Shown in pieces: positions 61,105-64,000 of a DNA stretch of 64,000 nucleotides. Each line of letters begins with the position of its first letter. Position 1 is the stretch's first letter. Location: the NCBI RefSeq assembly GCF_009914755.1, contig NC_060933.1. One strand, given 5' to 3'. The stretch is from the human T2T-CHM13v2.0 reference genome, Homo sapiens. The notes under the pieces are model-generated. The model ran no database searches, had not been told where the DNA came from, and saw only the letters and a program-made list of their open reading frames with translations. A program made the translations under genes and the position numbers.

Positions 61105-61260
61105 TTGCCTGATGCAAGATTTAAGCCAGGTTTCTCAGAGTGGTCCATTTTCTTATCTGTGAAATGGGAAAAAGTGGACCTTTGCTTCCTCATTCAGAGC
61201 AATTTCCGAGAATATTTGAGGTAACTATTTGAAAACATCTTGTAACTTATGTAAATGTAA
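61105..61260 (+). mobile_element. MIR fragment
   Basis: cattttcttatctgtgaaatggg. Confidence 0.55.
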
Positions 61261-61369
61261 GACATTTCTCTTTCTGCTGTAATTTTCCATGCAGCAGAAA
61301 TCTCTTTGTGTTTACTCATTTACAAAAATAATTCAATAATTATCTTAACACAGGTTTAAAATGCATATA

Positions 61370-61892
61370 AATTCTACTCGTAGGTATCCAGGAGAAATTA
61401 AAACATATCCACGCACACACACAAAAAAATTGTACACAAATTACCATAGCAGCGTTGTTTATAATAGCCAAACAGTAGAAACAACTCTAATTTCCGTCTG
61501 AGGAACAAACAAAAGGTGTTATATCCATACAGTAGATTGTTATTCATTTATAACAAAGAATGAAGCACAACATGGATTAACCTTGAAAACAATATATATT
61601 AAGATAAATAATTCAGTCAAAAAGACCCTATATTGTATGATTTCATTTATATAAAATGTCTACTAGAATAGACAAATCCTTAGAGACAGAAATTAGGTTA
61701 GTGATTGCATAGGATTGGGGTGCAATGGAGGAGAATGGAGAATGACTGCTAATAGGTATGGAGTTTCTTTTTGGGGTGATGAAATTAGGGGTGATAGTTA
61801 CATGAGTCTGTTAAAAATACTAAAATCCATTTAATTGCACACTGTAAATGGGTGAATTTTATGGTATGTGAATTATTTCTCTTAATAAAAAT
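61370..61892 (+). mobile_element. L1MB 3' end
   Basis: tattgtatgatttcatttatataaaatgtc...gactgctaataggtatggagtttctttttggggtgatgaaa...atggtatgtgaattat. Confidence 0.85.
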
Positions 61893-62374
61893 GCACAAAT
61901 CACCACTTCAAAAATATTATAAAAATAGTGCTAATTATTTATTAGCCTGAAGGATAATACATCCAGCAATGTATCAAAAAGTACTTTACCTGAGCAGATT
62001 TAGCTGTTACATTTGCATTTGAATTTCAAAACCCATTATCTTAAATGCAGAGAGAAGCCAGAGAACTCAGATAGGTTTGCTCTATCATTAGGCAATATTG
62101 GAAAGAACCATTCCTGCACTATTGAGTCTATATTTTCTTACTCTTTCTCAATAATTTTAAGAATTAATTACTTTGGTTTCCAGTCTCTAAGTAGCCTTTA
62201 AAGGCTCACATTTCTCAGGTTTTCATGCTCCCAAAGGTTGATTTTGATAGGGTCTTTGTTACTGTGGATGCTTTGTTATAAAGATCAAAGCAGTTTAAAC
62301 CATGTTAATAGGATCAATCTAAAATGTGGACTAAGATGTTAATATTAACAGAGCAAGTCCTAGTGAATGGGATA

Positions 62375-62545
62375 ACTATAATAATAGTAGTACTAAAGCA
62401 TGCCAGGCACTTATTATTTTATGTCCATTTAAAAAATAAGAACAAAGAGACCTAGGCAAAGAGAGGATGCCTGCTTTGCCCAAAGACCAAATTGGGTTTC
62501 AAGTTCAGGCCCTCAAAATCTGAGCTTTTAGTCATTACACTAAAC
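62375..62545 (-). mobile_element. MIR fragment
   Basis: tgccaggcac...tttgcccaaag...ttcaagttcagg...cttttagtcattacac. Confidence 0.5.
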
Positions 62546-63253
62546 AAGTAAGAAAGAGTTCCTTCCTCAAAATAACTCCTTTGTAGATGGGGATAGATAA
62601 TGTTCCCATCTAGTAGAAGAAAGGAGAAAAATTCAATGAAGAGCCATATTAGGTGTTGAAATAACCAACATTTTTAAATCATTTTTACAATTTTTGAGGG
62701 ACTTTCAATTATGACCTCACTTGATTTTTTGACATCTGTTCTGCACATTCCAAAAGCACTTAAGGCTTATTCACTGCCACAAAATAGCTTACCTCTGTAA
62801 TACTAAGTAACATGATCAGCATCTTCATCTTAACAGCATTCTCCTTGGGAACATAAACACAACACTACTGAAAGTAACACAAGTGAATTTTACTCCAGCT
62901 TACATTTTAGTTCTTAGATCTCTGAGCTCTCCACTTATATTCTGTTATCTACTGCTTTTCTCTGTGACCCACAGTGTGGATTTGAAGATGACTGGCCAAT
63001 GCATTGGGAATGAGACATGTCAGAGTCAAGTAAATAAAATAACAGAACAGAACAAAAGTAGGAAGACAATATGCCCAGTAAGTTAAAAAGTCAAAGATTT
63101 TGCAGTGAGCATAAACAGAGCCCTCAGGGGATGTGGCTTAGCAAAGAGAAAACAAATAACAAGGCACAGTCCATGGGAGACTGGACCAACATCTAGACAT
63201 GACACTGTGGACACAGAATGTAGACTTCTGACTGGATTTAGAATTACCAATTG

Positions 63254-63754
63254 CGTGATCATTAAATTTATGAGTCAATTTTGCTGGGCTAGGATACCCT
63301 GTTGTTTAGTCAAACACTAGTCTAGATGTTGCTGGGGAAAATATTTTTAGATGTGATTTGCATTTAAGTCAGTAGACCTGGAGTAAAGCAGATTACTCTT
63401 TATAATGTGGATGGATCCTATCCAATCAGTTGAAGGCCTTAAAAGCAAAGACTGAAATTTCCCAGAAAAAAAAAAAATCTCCTCAAGATTGAACATAGAA
63501 ACTTTGCCTGAGTTTCCAGCCTACAACCCTGAAGAATTAGACTCAAGGCCTCAACATCAACTCTTTACTAAATTTCCAGGCTGTCAATCTGCCTATGGAT
63601 TTTAGACTTGCCAGCCCCCATAATCACAGAAGCCAATTTCTTAAAGCAATCTGAGTGTGTCTCTGTCTCATTATTTCTCTCAATATAGAGATGGATATAG
63701 ACATATAAATGTATCCTATTGGTTTCATTTCTCTGGAAAACCTTAATTAATACA
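63254..63754 (+). mobile_element. MLT2 (C/D-like) ERVL solo LTR
   Basis: gtgatcattaaatttatgagtcaa...tccaatcagttgaaggcctt...tcctattggtttcatttctctggaaaacc...aataca. Confidence 0.88.
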
Positions 63755-63774
63755 ATTTATCAACCTCATAATTT

Positions 63775-63905
63775 CATGTATGTTATTTAACTTTCCTGAG
63801 ACTTACTTTCCCCATTTTACAATAGGCAAATAATACTTAATTTACATAGGATGGCGACAAGCACCCTACTTGTGCCTAGCACAAGTAATAATCAATAAAT
63901 AATAG
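63775..63905 (+). mobile_element. MIR fragment
   Basis: ttatttaactttcctgag...tttccccattttacaatagg...tgcctagcacaagtaa...tcaataaat. Confidence 0.55.
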
Positions 63906-63914
63906 CTGTTATTA

Positions 63915-64000
63915 CTTTTTTATTGTGTTTATTTAAGGTATATAGCATGATGTTATGGGATACATATAGATATCTGTTACTTGGTATTCTTTGACCTTAA
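63915..64000 (-). mobile_element. L1MA 3' end running off the window
   Basis: ttttttattgtgtttatttaaggtatatagcatgatgtt. Confidence 0.6.

Overview
Primate (hominoid-like, probably human) AT-rich intergenic or deep-intronic DNA. I find no credible host protein-coding gene, RNA gene or CRISPR array; every long ORF in the supplied track derives from L1, Alu or MaLR repeats or looks like a chance ORF. About 17.4-54 kb is an almost continuous nested stack of transposons. Main elements: a full-length, TSD-flanked but dead L1PA3-like element (17656-23865, minus) inside Charlie1a; a complete two-LTR THE1 provirus (25726-28002); a twin-primed L1MA/MB; an L1MA carrying L1PA16-like, MSTA and Alu insertions; and an L1PREC2/PA14-15-like element (44379-53876) that has two 3' ends and appears to contain a younger L1 joined seamlessly by homology. 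The flanks hold Alus, MIR, L2, MER1A, MER5A, MER6A, MER45, MLT1 and MLT2 plus short unique stretches. I did not find a new biological system. The best second-look items are retrotransposition-mechanism fossils and a possible TE-built plus-strand transcription unit (L1 antisense promoter, re-framed ORF0, DUX4-site THE1 LTR). Subfamily names come from remembered consensus features and need RepeatMasker/Dfam confirmation.
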